This document shows, in pieces, positions 26,201 through 37,253 of a stretch of 64,000 nt of DNA. The notes beneath the pieces are model-generated. The model was given only the letters and a program-made list of their open reading frames with translations, was not told the DNA's origin and made no database searches. The DNA is from Bacteroidota bacterium (GTDB lineage Bacteria > Bacteroidota > Bacteroidia > AKYH767-A > OLB10): the NCBI GenBank assembly GCA_016717325.1, contig JADKFV010000054.1:8788-72787 (forward strand), given 5' to 3'. The number at the start of each line of letters is the position of its first letter. The stretch's first letter is position 1. The position numbers were made by a program, and so were the translations under genes.

Positions 26201-29200
26201 TTACATTAGAAGCCGTGGCGCTTGCAGTACCATTTCCTGCACCCGAACAATTTGAATTATCTGTGGCTGAGCATGTTACTGTTGGATTACTTGTATTGCT
26301 CGCAACATTACTTGTGCATGATGATGTGCAACCTGTAGTCATATCCGTAACTGTAACGGTATATACCCCTGCATTCAAACCACTGATGCTGGATGTGGTT
26401 GCTCCATTACTCCAAGTATATGTAACATTGGTAGCCGTGGCGCTTGCCGTGCCATTTGGTGTTGTGCAACTGTTATTGTCAGTTGAAGCACAGGTTACTG
26501 CCGGGTTGGTTGTGTTTGTTCCAACTATCGATTCGCAACTTGCCGTGCAACCAGTAGTTAAATCTGTAACTACCACTGTATACGTTCCGGCTGATAGGCC
26601 GCTTATGCTCGCATCGGTTGAACCATTGCTCCATGAATAACTTACGTTTGTAGCTGTGGCGATTGCTGCGCCATTTCCTGCACCCGAACAATTTGTATTA
26701 TCTGTGGCTGAACAAGTTACAGAAGGCGATGATGGACTACTTCCTACTATCGATTCGCAACTTGCTGTACAGCCCGTAGTTAAATCCGTAACTACTACTG
26801 TATATGTTCCGGCTGATAAGCCGCTGATGCTCGCATCGGTTGAACCATTGCTCCATGAATAACTTACATTAGAAGCCGTGGCGCTTGCAGTACCATTTCC
26901 TGCACCCGAACAATTTGAATTATCTGTTGCTGAGCATGTTACTGTTGGATTACTTGTATTGCTCGCAACATTACTTGTGCATGATGATGTGCAACCTGTA
27001 GTCATATCCGTAACTGTAACGGTATATACCCCGCATTCAAACCACTGATGCTGGATGTGGTTGCTCCATTACTCCAAGTATATGTAACATTGGTAGCCGT
27101 GGCGCTTGCCGTGCCATTTGGTGTTGTGCAACTGTTATTGTCAGTTGAAGCACAGGTTACTGTTGGGCTAGTCGTGTTTGTTCCAACTATCGATTCGCAA
27201 CTTGCCGTGCAACCAGTAGTTAAATCTGTAACTACCACTGTATACGTTCCGGCTGATAGGCCGCTTATGCTCGCATCGGTTGAACCATTGCTCCATGAAT
27301 AACTTACGTTTGTAGCTGTGGCGATTGCTGTGCCATTTCCTGCACCCGAACAATTTGTATTATCTGTGGCTGAACAAGTTACAGAAGGCGATGATGGACT
27401 ACTTCCTACTATCGATTCGCAACTTGCTGTACAGCCCGTAGTTAAATCCGTAACTACTACTGTATATGTTCCGGCTGATAAGCCGCTGATGCTCGCATCG
27501 GTTGAACCATTGCTCCATGAATAACTTACATTAGAAGCCGTGGCGCTTGCAGTCCCATTTCCTGCACCCGAACAATTTGAATTATCTGTGGCTGAGCATG
27601 TTACTGTTGGATTACTTGTATTGCTCGCAACATTACTTGTGCATGATGATGTGCAACCTGTAGTCATATCCGTAACTGTAACGGTATATACCCCTGCATT
27701 CAAACCACTGATGCTTGATGTGGTTGCGCCATTACTCCAAGTATATGTAACATTGGTAGCCGTGGCGCTTGCCGTGCCATTTGGTGTTGTGCAACTGTTA
27801 TTGTCAGTTGAAGCACAGGTTACTGTTGGGCTAGTCGTGTTTGTTCCAACTATCGATTCGCAACTTGCCGTGCAACCCGTAGTTAAATCCGTAACTACTA
27901 CTGTATAAGTTCCGGCTGAAAGGCCACTTATGCTTGCATCGGTTGAGCCATTGCTCCATGAATAACTTACGTTACTAGCTGTGGCGATTGCTGCGCCATT
28001 TCCTGCACCCGAACAATTTGTATTATCTGTGGCTGAACAAGTTACAGAAGGCGATGATGGACTACTTCCTACTATCGATTCGCAACTTGCTGTACAGCCC
28101 GTAGTTAAATCCGTAACTACTACTGTATATGTTCCGGCTGATAAGCCGCTGATGCTCGCATCGGTTGAACCATTGCTCCATGAATAACTTACATTGAAGC
28201 CGTGGCGCTTGCAGTCCCATCTCCTGCACCCGAACAATTTGTATTATCTGTGGCTGAGCATGTTACTGTTGGATTACTTGTATTGCTCGCAATATTACTT
28301 GAGCACGTTGATGTGCAACCCGTAGAAATATCCGTAACTATAACGATATATACCCCTGCAATCAAACCACTGATGCTTGATGTGGTTGCTCCATTACTCC
28401 AGCTATATGTAACATTGGTAGCCGTGGCGCTTGCTGTGCCATTTGGTGTTGTGCAATTAGTATTATCTGTGGCTGAACATGTTACATTTGGATTAACAGT
28501 ATTTGTTCCAACAACCGATGCGCAACTTGCTGTACATCCTGTTGTTAAGTCTGTTACTATTACTGTATACGTTCCAGCTGAAAGTCCGCTAATGCTTGCG
28601 CTTGTTGAGCCGTTGCTCCAAGAATAACTTACATTGGTTGCTGTTGCACTTGCTGTGCCATTTGGTGTTGTGCAATTGGTATTATCTGTGGCTGTGCATG
28701 TCACACTTGGATTAACAGTATTTGTTCCAACAACCGATGTGCAACTTGCTGTACATCCTGTAGTTAAGTCTGTTACTATTACGGTATACGTTCCTGCTGA
28801 AAGGCCGCTAATGCTTGCGCTTGTTGAGCCGTTGCTCCAAGAATAACTTACATTGGTTGCTGTTGCACTTGCTGTTCCATTTGGAGTTGTGCAATTTGTA
28901 TTATCTGTCGATGAACATGTTACACTTGGATTAATAGTATTTGTTCCAACAACCGATGTGCAACTTGCTGTACATCCTGTTGTGAAGTCTGTCACGATTA
29001 CTGTGTAAGTTCCTGCTGAAAGGCCGCTAATGGGTGCGCGTGTTGAGCCGTTGCTCCAAGAATAACTTACATTGGTTGCTGTTGCACTTGCTGTTCCATT
29101 TGGGTTTGTGCAGCTTGTATTATCTGTTGCAGAACATGTTACACTAGGATTAACAGTACTTGTTCCAACAACCGATGTGCAACTTGCTGTACATCCTGTA

Positions 29201-31608
29201 GTTAAGTCTGTTACTATTACTGTATACGTTCCTGCTGAAAGTCCGCTCAAGCTGGCACCTGTTGAGCCATTGCTCCATAAATAATTTGCATTAGTTGCCG
29301 TGGCGCTTGCTGTGCCATTTGGGTTTGTACAATTTGTATTATTCGTAGATGAACAAATTACCGCAGGCACTGCAGGATTTGTTATCGTTGCAGAACATGT
29401 TGCTGTACATCCTGATGTTGTGCTGGTTACTATTACAGTATATGTTCCTCCAGATAATCCCGTCAGATTCGGATTAGTGGATCCATTGCTCCATGAATAA
29501 GTAACGCCTGTTGAAGTCGCACTAGCGGTTCCATTGCCTGCGCCTGAACAAGCGGTATTGTTTGTGGAAGAGCATGTCACTGCAGGAACAATAGGATTTT
29601 CTACTATTGCAGAGCAAGTAGCCGTGCAACCTGAACCAAGTCTTGTTACAGTAACTGTATAGGTTCCGGCAGACAAACCAATTATTGCTGCGTTGGTTGA
29701 TCCAGTACTCCATAAAAACGTTACACCTGTTGAATTTGCAGTTGCTGTGCCATTACCACCACCTGTACAATTTGTATTATTTGTTGAAGAACAAGACACT
29801 GTAGGTATTGTCGGGTCGCCCAATGTTGTTGAGCATGAAGCTGTGCATCCAGAATTTATGCTTGTTACAGTAACAGTATAAGTTCCGCCTGAAAGACCAC
29901 TTAAGCTAGGGTTTGTTGAACCATTGCTCCACAAATAAGTAACACCGGTTGAAGTTGCTGTTGCTGTTCCATTACCCGCTCCAGTGCAATTTGTGTTATT
30001 AGTTGATAGGCACGAAACTGTTGGCAACTCTGGATTATTTATAGTTGCCGAACAAGTTGCGGTACATCCAGTAGTAGTGCTTGTAACTGTAACTGTATAA
30101 GCCCCACCTGACAAACCACTTATGCTGGCGTTAGTAGAACCATCGTTCCATAAATAGGTGACTCCTGTTGAAGTAGCAGTGGCTGTTCCATTTCCCGCTC
30201 CGGAGCAATTTGTATTATTGGTGGATTGGCATGTCACAGTTGGCGTCACAATATTATCCGTAATTGTAGTAGAACAAGTGGAGGTACAACCGCTAAGCGC
30301 CTCGGTTACTGAAACTGTATAAGTACCAGCTGCCAAATCAGAAATGCTGGATGTGGTTGCTCCATTACTCCATAAATATGTCGGTGAAGAAGCATCAGTT
30401 GTAACCGAAGCAGAACCATTAAATGGAGCAACACAACGAGTATTGTTGACAGATGAACAAGTAGTTACATAAGTGCATCCTTGAAAAAAAGTAAATATTT
30501 GATTGCACTCACTAAAATTATTGCAAATATCCGTTGCCCTGTATGTTCTTTGAACTATATATGTACAACCGATGGTATTAATTGGTAATGCATCACCCAC
30601 GTGGGTAATGTTGATCGGGCCATTGGGGTCCGTTGCAGTTACCAAATTCGTATTAGCTGCTGGAATGGCCGCCAATGCAGCCGTTTGAGTTGTAAAACAA
30701 CCGGAAATAGTCGCATTTGCAGGGCAGGAAATAGTTGGCCCAGTAGTATCGGCAGGGCAAGCTGCTGCGGAAGTAATTGTTGTAACCGGGCTGAGTACTG
30801 TATTATCGGAAGTACATACACATCTTGCAAAATACGAAGTTGCCGCAGCATAGGTGGGAGTTGTTGTTACACCTCCTGTGGTGGTGGTTGCATTTGTAAA
30901 CCACCGTAACTCCGATCCCGAAGGGCAGTTTGCTGAACCGGTGTTTATTGTTCCTGTGCGTATTGGTGAACAACCTGAAGGACAGGCATTATCTGTAATT
31001 GTCACGTTAGGAGCAACAGTTAAAGTTGGGCAGGAAGGCGCCCCACCCCAACTGAACGGAGGACCAACATTCACCGGAGGATCATCACATCCTGAGTTTA
31101 TCCAACTCCCGGTAGTACCATCACCTGTTACCTTAACCTGAATTTGCTGGGCAACTCCTGTTCCAGTAAGTGGTATAGTTATTTTGAAGCAAAAAGTTCG
31201 GCCACATGGGCCGGCTGGATCATCACCACATGGGTCATCGCCAAAATTATTACATGGATCGTTATCTGCATCTTCATCAAAATACCAACCTGCTGGTCGG
31301 CCGTTACAACCTCCAGAATACCAAATCCAAGTAGATCCTGGGTTGCCTGATGAATCAACTGTGGCACCTGCTGGTAAACTAGCAGGAAACATATAAACGC
31401 CATGAAGCCAATTTGTTTGGTCCTCAAAGTATTCATCGATGGTTATGCAGTATCGCAAAACTGCACCTGAAGAATAAGGGCTGCCGGGTGTGCCGTTTCC
31501 AGAACCCGAAAGCACAGTAACAGTGGTGGCTCCAAGGATTGCGCACTGCGCGTTTGCAATTTGCAAACTAATTAAACTAAAAAATGCAAGTAGTAGATAT
31601 TTTCTCAT
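11237..31608 (-). CDS. Giant (~6,790 aa) Cys-rich SprB-repeat surface protein with T9SS CTD; three frameshifts (~28195, ~27032, ~22825)
   Basis: Four ORFs (28189-31608, 27002-28237, 22686-27005, 11237-22783) carry one continuous repeat pattern. There is a single signal peptide (MRKYLLLAFF...ANAQ) and a single CTD (AYPNPVLDEL...QGIYTVQL...KIVKQ). Modules of ~73-74 aa follow the pattern C.G...G.ATV...GG..PY.Y.WSNG.TT..ISGL.AGTYTVTVTD..GC. Comparison with sister repeats shows the exact missing bases at 28195/6 and 27032/3. Confidence 0.88.
12770..14720. repeat. Near-identical 444-bp tandem array within the giant gene (~4.5 units, two modules each); boundaries approximate
   Basis: Anchor GTTCCGCT recurs at 12909, 13353, 13797, 14241 and 14685. 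Confidence 0.9.
25000..28400. repeat. Near-identical 660/663-bp tandem array within the giant gene (~5 units, three modules each); boundaries approximate
   Basis: Anchor CTTGCAGT.CCAT recurs at 25561, 26221, 26884, 27546 and 28208. Spacings are 660, 663, 662 and 662, where each 662 is 663 minus one missing base. Confidence 0.9.
28400..29330. repeat. 219-bp tandem array within the giant gene (~4-5 units, one module each); boundaries approximate
   Basis: Anchor TTGCTGT.CCATTTGG recurs at 28431, 28650, 28869, 29088 and 29307. Confidence 0.85.
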
Positions 31609-31662
31609 AAGTTCGATTTTGTTTCAAAATTAAATGTTGAATCGTAAGTATATAATTACAAT

Positions 31663-32000
31663 TTAGGGTAAGATAGCAGTTTGAGCAACTGAAAGCTGAA
31701 AATATTTTTGCAAAATGTCTTTTGCTTTAGGCTTGTCAAGTTTCAAAATAAAATACCCTGATTGGCTTCTATCTATTGAAATCAGTCCTGAAATGGAGGT
31801 GAATTTTTTCTGAATGATAGCTCAGAAACGTTACTTACTTTGGAATGTATGGCAGGGGCAAATACCTTCACCTCATAATCGGCTACATTAGTTTGCAATA
31901 ATTGCAATGTATTGGATTGCTGTGCGCTTAGGCTTAACGAAACCGCTAATAATAACATAACCGCAAAGGGTTTGAAAAATCTAATTACCTTTTTTTTCAT
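31663..32000 (-). CDS. Small secreted hypothetical protein (~112 aa) just upstream of the giant gene; probable missing base at ~31822
   Basis: Signal peptide MKKKVIRFFKPFAVMLLLAVSLSLSAQ. Adding one base after VS(E) opens 52 more codons (AIIQKKFTSISGLISIDRSQSGYFILKLDK...AILP*), ending 55 bp before the giant gene's ATG. Confidence 0.6.
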
Positions 32001-32366
32001 AATATTTAAATTTAATATTTTTTTACATCAAGCGAAACCCAATTAAATCAAGCAAAACTGAGTACAGAAAAATAAACAAACTTCTTATCAAGGGGAAAAC
32101 ACGTAAAAAGTGTTGCAATTTATGTACTATATTCTATAAATACAATCAGATTCCAAATAAATAAAACTTTTAAAGCGCCTAACAGATGTATGTAATTGTT
32201 ATTCAATTGTTTAAGTAATTAACAACGGTTTTCAACACTCGTTGATAACTTTTTGGTTGTATTCAAAAATCCTTCAACTAAAAGGATACGAGAATTGAAA
32301 TTGAGCTCGGGTTTTATGGAATGAAAACTTTTTTTGTTTCATATTGTGATATTTAAAAAATAACAA

Positions 32367-32374
32367 TACTTTTG
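32367..32374 (+). promoter_or_regulatory. Bacteroidota -7 promoter box of the rplM operon
   Basis: TACTTTTG matches the TAnnTTTG consensus and lies about 25 bp upstream of the GTG start. Confidence 0.6.
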
Positions 32375-32398
32375 CGACCCTTAAAAAAATAACATTAA

Positions 32399-32848
32399 GT
32401 GAACACATTAAGTTATAAAACAAAAAGCACGAATGCACAAACTGTTGATAAGCAGTGGGTGTTAGTAGATATGAACAATTTAGTTCTTGGAAGAGCAGCA
32501 TCTGAAATCGCAAAAATATTGCGCGGCAAAAACAAGCCTTCATTCACACCACATGTTGATGGAGGCGATAATGTAATAGTAATAAATGCTGACAAAGTGC
32601 GGTTAACCGGAAACAAAACAACTCAAAAAACATATGTTCGCCATACAGGTTATCCTGGAGGTCAACGGTTTTCAAATCCAAAATTGTTGTTGGCTACTCA
32701 TCCGACCCGAGTTGTTGAGTACGCTATACATGGCATGCTTCCCAAAAATCGTCTTGGAAATTCGATCAAAAGCAATTTGTTCATATATGCCGGAAGCGAA
32801 CATCCTCATGCAGCCCAACAACCTAAAGAAGTAAAATTTAAACTATAA
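32399..32848 (+). CDS. rplM: 50S ribosomal protein L13
   Basis: GTG start. LGRAASEIAKILRGKNKPSFTPHVDGGDNVIVINADKV, HTGYPGGQ, HPHAAQQP. Confidence 0.99.
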   Translation: MNTLSYKTKSTNAQTVDKQWVLVDMNNLVLGRAASEIAKILRGKNKPSFTPHVDGGDNVIVINADKVRLTGNKTTQKTYVRHTGYPGGQRFSNPKLLLATHPTRVVEYAIHGMLPKNRLGNSIKSNLFIYAGSEHPHAAQQPKEVKFKL

Positions 32849-32862
32849 AACGTTATTCATTC

Positions 32863-33248
32863 ATGGACATTACACATAAAATAGGCAGAAGAAAAACAGC
32901 AGTTGCCAGAATTTATTTAAAACCAGGCAACGGCACTATCATAGTCAACAACAAAGACTATAAAAATTATTTTCCATCTGAGGTTTTGCATCATAAAATT
33001 ACACAAGCCTTTTCTGTATCTAATACAAGTAATATGTATGATGCAAGCGTGAATGTGTTTGGTGGTGGAATGACAGGGCAGGCAGAAGCTGTCCGTTTAG
33101 CCTTTGCCCGTGCTTTATGTGAAATAAATGCAGAACTCCGTCCTCCATTGAAAGCGAATGGGCTGTTAACACGTGACCCCCGAATGGTGGAACGTAAGAA
33201 GCCAGGACAGAAAAAGCAAGGAAGAGATTCCAGTTCTCTAAACGTTAA
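32863..33248 (+). CDS. rpsI: 30S ribosomal protein S9; one A missing at 33211-33215
   Basis: GRRKTAVAR, GGG..GQAEA, LLTRDPRMVERKKPG. One extra A restores the universal tail QKKARKRFQFSKR* (TAA at 33246-33248). Confidence 0.97.
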
Positions 33249-33296
33249 TCCAATTTTCGAAAACATAATATAAATAAGAAAAACTCAGAACGCTGC

Positions 33297-34115
33297 ATGT
33301 TGAATATCACACACGAACAACTACTTGATGCCGGTATACATTTTGGCCACCTCAAAAGAAAGTGGAACCCAAAGATGGCTCCATATATCTTTATGGAACG
33401 CAACGGCATTCATATTATCGATTTAAATAAGACGATGGCCAAGCTTGATGAAGCCGCCTCGGCAATTAAGCAAATTGCAAAATCGGGCAAGAAAATACTT
33501 TTTGTTGCTACAAAAAAGCAGGCAAAAGATATAGTTGCCAATGCAGCGAAATCGGTTAATATGCCTTTTATTGTTGAGCGTTGGCCTGGTGGCATGCTCA
33601 CCAACTTTGCCACTCAACGAAAATCAGTTAAAAAACTTGCTAATTTTGACAAGTTCATGGCTGATGGCACTTTTGATGTAATCTCTAAAAAAGAGCGCCT
33701 TCAAATTAGCCGCCAAAAGGAAAAAATGGAAAAATTTATCGGCTCCATTTCCGATATGGGGCGTCTTCCTGCAGCATTGTTTGTGATTGACATAGTAAAA
33801 GAACACATTTCTGTTGCTGAGGCTCGTAAATTAAATATTCCTACCATTGCTATTTGTGATACAAATACCGACCCTTCATTAATTGATTTCCCGATACCTG
33901 CCAATGATGATGCATCAAAATCCATTAGTTTGATTATGGATGTAATGGTGAAAGCAATAGAAGAAGGCCTGGCCGAACGTAAAACAGATAAGGAAGCAGA
34001 CAAAGAGCGTGATGTAGCAAATGACGAAGAGAATGCGGATGCAAAGAGCACTATGTCGGGCGGAAGCGATGAAGAAGGTGATGGCAAAAAAGGCCGTCCA
34101 AGAAGAAAAAAATAA
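33297..34115 (+). CDS. rpsB: 30S ribosomal protein S2
   Basis: LLDAGIHFGH...WNPKM.PYIF.ERNGIHIIDL, RWPGGMLTNF, IPANDDA. Confidence 0.99.
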   Translation: MLNITHEQLLDAGIHFGHLKRKWNPKMAPYIFMERNGIHIIDLNKTMAKLDEAASAIKQIAKSGKKILFVATKKQAKDIVANAAKSVNMPFIVERWPGGMLTNFATQRKSVKKLANFDKFMADGTFDVISKKERLQISRQKEKMEKFIGSISDMGRLPAALFVIDIVKEHISVAEARKLNIPTIAICDTNTDPSLIDFPIPANDDASKSISLIMDVMVKAIEEGLAERKTDKEADKERDVANDEENADAKSTMSGGSDEEGDGKKGRPRRKK

Positions 34116-34211
34116 TCTCATTTTGATCAGGTAAAATACATTAGAGACGGGATTACTTTCCGTCTTTTGTTTTAAATAAGAAGTTTTAAAAATTAAAAAA
34201 ATAACATTTCA

Positions 34212-35051
34212 ATGTCGACAGTAACAATAAGTGCAGCAGATGTAAATAAGCTGCGTCAACAAACAGGTGCAGGAATGATGGACTGCAAAAAAGCATTAAC
34301 AGAGGCGAATGGAGATTTTGAAGCTGCCGTAGATTATCTGCGCAAAAAAGGACAAAAGGTAGCTGCCAATCGTAGTGATAGAGAGGCTAAAGAAGGTTAT
34401 ATCATAGCAAAAACAAATGCTGACAATACCAAAGGATTCTTAATTTGTCTCAACTCCGAAACAGATTTTGTAGCTAAAAATCAAGAATTTACTCAGTTTG
34501 CTGAAAACATTTTAACTGCAGCTATGGAAAGCAATGCTTCAAATCTGGATGAGGTGAAAGCACTTAGTTTAGATGGAGCTACTGTAAATGATAAGTTATT
34601 CGACATGATTGGTAAAATAGGAGAAAAACTTGAAATAAGCTCTTATGAAAAAATTGAGACTCCAAAGGTTATCGTGTACAATCATCCGGGCAATAAATTA
34701 GCGGCAATGGTAGGTTTTAACAAAGCTGATGCAGCTAATCTTGACGAAGTTGGGAAAAATGTTGCCATGCAAGTTGCGGCCATGAATCCTGTTGCAATAG
34801 ATAAAGATGATGTGGATGCAAAAACCCTTGAACGCGAAATTGAAATTGGTAAAGACCAGGCACGCAACGAAGGAAAGCCTGAAGAAATGATTGAAAAAAT
34901 TGCTTTAGGGAAATTGAATAAATTTTATCAGGAATCAACTTTGTTGAATCAAGCTTACATAAAGGCTGACAAGCAAACAGTAAGACAATATCTGGAGTCA
35001 ATTGACAAAGGCTTAACAATAAGCGCAATGAAACGCGTGCAAATCGGCTAA
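34212..35051 (+). CDS. tsf: Elongation factor Ts
   Basis: V.KLRQQTGAGMMDCKKAL, NSETDFVAKN, AMQVAAMNP, KIALGKLNKF. Confidence 0.99.
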   Translation: MSTVTISAADVNKLRQQTGAGMMDCKKALTEANGDFEAAVDYLRKKGQKVAANRSDREAKEGYIIAKTNADNTKGFLICLNSETDFVAKNQEFTQFAENILTAAMESNASNLDEVKALSLDGATVNDKLFDMIGKIGEKLEISSYEKIETPKVIVYNHPGNKLAAMVGFNKADAANLDEVGKNVAMQVAAMNPVAIDKDDVDAKTLEREIEIGKDQARNEGKPEEMIEKIALGKLNKFYQESTLLNQAYIKADKQTVRQYLESIDKGLTISAMKRVQIG

Positions 35052-35091
35052 AACTTAAACCATTGTTGTTCAATTAGTTACAATATAATTT

Positions 35092-35120
35092 AAACCCGCT
35101 TCTATAGAGCGGGTTTTTTT
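35092..35120 (+). terminator. Intrinsic terminator after tsf
   Basis: AAACCCGCT/AGCGGGTTT stem followed by a long T run. Confidence 0.85.
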
Positions 35121-35164
35121 ATTAAGTTTTGTTTTTATATTTCGCAAACCAAATATTTCAAATT

Positions 35165-37184
35165 ATGAAAAAACTGATCTGCCTTATTTTCTTAATCATT
35201 TCAACTTTTAGTTCATACTCACAATGCAACACAGGCAATGCCACAACATGCGTATGTGCTGATGGTTCCATAAAATGTAAACTACTTCCCCGACATTACT
35301 ATTGGACGAAAAATGCTTATGGATCCCACCACCTATACTGAATATTCGCAAACAGGTAATGGAGTTGAAAATGGCCGTCTCCGTATTTCTGTTGCCACGC
35401 CAAATATAGGCCACGGACCATTAACAGTAATGACAACCACTACTTTTGTTTGTGGTACCGACACTTTTTATGGCACATCGCCTGGAACTTGCCCAAATGG
35501 TGATGCCCCAAAACAATTGATTAATCAGAGAGTGTTCTCAAAAAAAGGAAAAACCATGTCTTATTATGATCGGCCGGCCGGTACAATGACATACCATCCC
35601 ACACATCAGCATATGCATGTTGATGACTGGGGAATTTATACTTTACGAATAGCCACATTGGACCCCAATCCACTCAACTGGCCAATAGTTGGCACTGGTG
35701 CTAAGCTTGCATTTTGCCTGATGGATTTAAGTACTTGCACCGCAGAATTTGGAAATTGTGTGAATGATAAAAATGACACATTAGTTAACACAGATTTCCC
35801 CAATTATGGCTTAGGCGGTGGTCAGTATACCTGTTCGCCTGTAGTTCAGGGAATTTCATCGGGATTTGTTGATTATTACGATCAAACTTTAGATGGCATG
35901 TGGATTAATATACCTCCAGGTACATGCAATGGCGACTATTGGATAGTAACCCAAATTGATCCTTATAATTATTTTGACGAAGAAAATGAAAACAACAATA
36001 TAGTGGCTACACCCATTACACTAAAAAAGCAAACACCGTTTGGAACAGGCGGAATCATTGCCAATCTGGGTGCACAAACAATTTGTAACGGAGGCACTAC
36101 CACTCTGCAAGCTAATTTAGGTACTACATACTTGTGGAGTAATGGTGCTACAACACAAACAATTGTAGTTTCTGCCTCTGGAACGTATATGGTAACCGTT
36201 GATGGTTTTTGTGGTGTTACCACATCACCCCCATACACAGTAAGCATGATAACCCCTGCTGTACCTACTGCACAAAACTCTTACTTCATTGCTCCTGCCA
36301 GCACAACGGTTAGTGCTACAGGAACAGGCAAGATTGATTGGTATGATGCTTCGTCAGGTGGTAATTTTTTAGGTACAGGTAATGTGTTTACAACTGGAGT
36401 GCTAAACAATACTACAACATTTTATGCTGAAAATATCGAAACCCAGATTGGCCTTACTGCTTATGCACCACCATCTGCAAACACTATTGGAGGAGGAGCA
36501 AACCACACCGACCAAACACGATTCCTCACTTTTGATGCTTATAAAGATTTTATGCTACAATCAGTAAAAGTATATGCAACGGGTGCCGGCAATCGTTTAA
36601 TAGAATTACGCGATGGTAGTGGTGGTATTCTTGACACTGTAACAGCTATGGTGCCTTCTGGTGAAAGCCGGATCACACTAAATTTTCAAGTTGCAAAAGG
36701 TAGCAATTACCAATTAGGCGTAGGTTCCACCCCAAACTTCTTCCGTAATAATTCCGGTGTGCAATTTCCGTATAATGTAAGTGGAATGCTTGATATTACT
36801 AGCTCTTCGGCTGGTGCTTCATACTATTATTTCTTTTACGATTGGGAAGTAAAAGAGAACGATATTGTTTGCAATAGTTCGAGAGTACCAGCTACGGCAT
36901 TTAATTCCACAACTGGAATCACCAATAACATCAACAGCGTTGTTTGGAATACTTATCCTAATCCTGCAAGTGGATATTTAACAGTTGAATTACCATCATT
37001 ACCCGAAAATTCAAAACTAGAATTAATTGATGTAACCGGGAAAAAAGTTTGGGAACAAAACATAGGCTCAACGAACAAATCATCTATAATAAGTATTGAT
37101 GTAACAAAAATGAGTGCCGGAACCTATTCGTTGAAAATAGAAAACGAAAAGATAAGCGAGCGTAAAATTCTTATAATAGAATAA
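35165..37184 (+). CDS. Lysyl-oxidase-family protein with Ig-like modules and T9SS CTD; extra C at 35288-35291
   Basis: Signal peptide from ATG 35165 joins the main ORF as LLPDITIGRK if one C is removed. Motifs YHPTHQHMH, GAKLAFCLMD, QGISSGFVDYY, WINI, DP.N...E.NENNN. CTD YPNPASG...SAGTYSLKI. Confidence 0.85.
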
Positions 37185-37203
37185 AAAAATAAGACACGAT
37201 AAT

Positions 37204-37240
37204 AAAGGCTGCACATTATATATTTGTGCAGCCTTTTTTT
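37204..37240 (+). terminator. Intrinsic terminator
   Basis: AAAGGCTGCACA/TGTGCAGCCTTT 12-bp stem followed by a T run. Confidence 0.8.
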
Positions 37241-37253
37241 ATTTCATCATTTA

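Noticed and set aside
12924-31396. Dozens of + strand ORFs opposite the giant gene (e.g. 'MALAVPF...', 'MAFTVPLPL...')
   Set aside because: They are antisense shadows of Thr/Gly/Ser/Cys-rich repeat codons. They repeat with the same period as the real gene and have no independent motifs.
33211-33273. Apparent novel C-terminal extension or programmed frameshift in rpsI
   Set aside because: One added A restores the universal S9 tail. The same error pattern occurs throughout the window.
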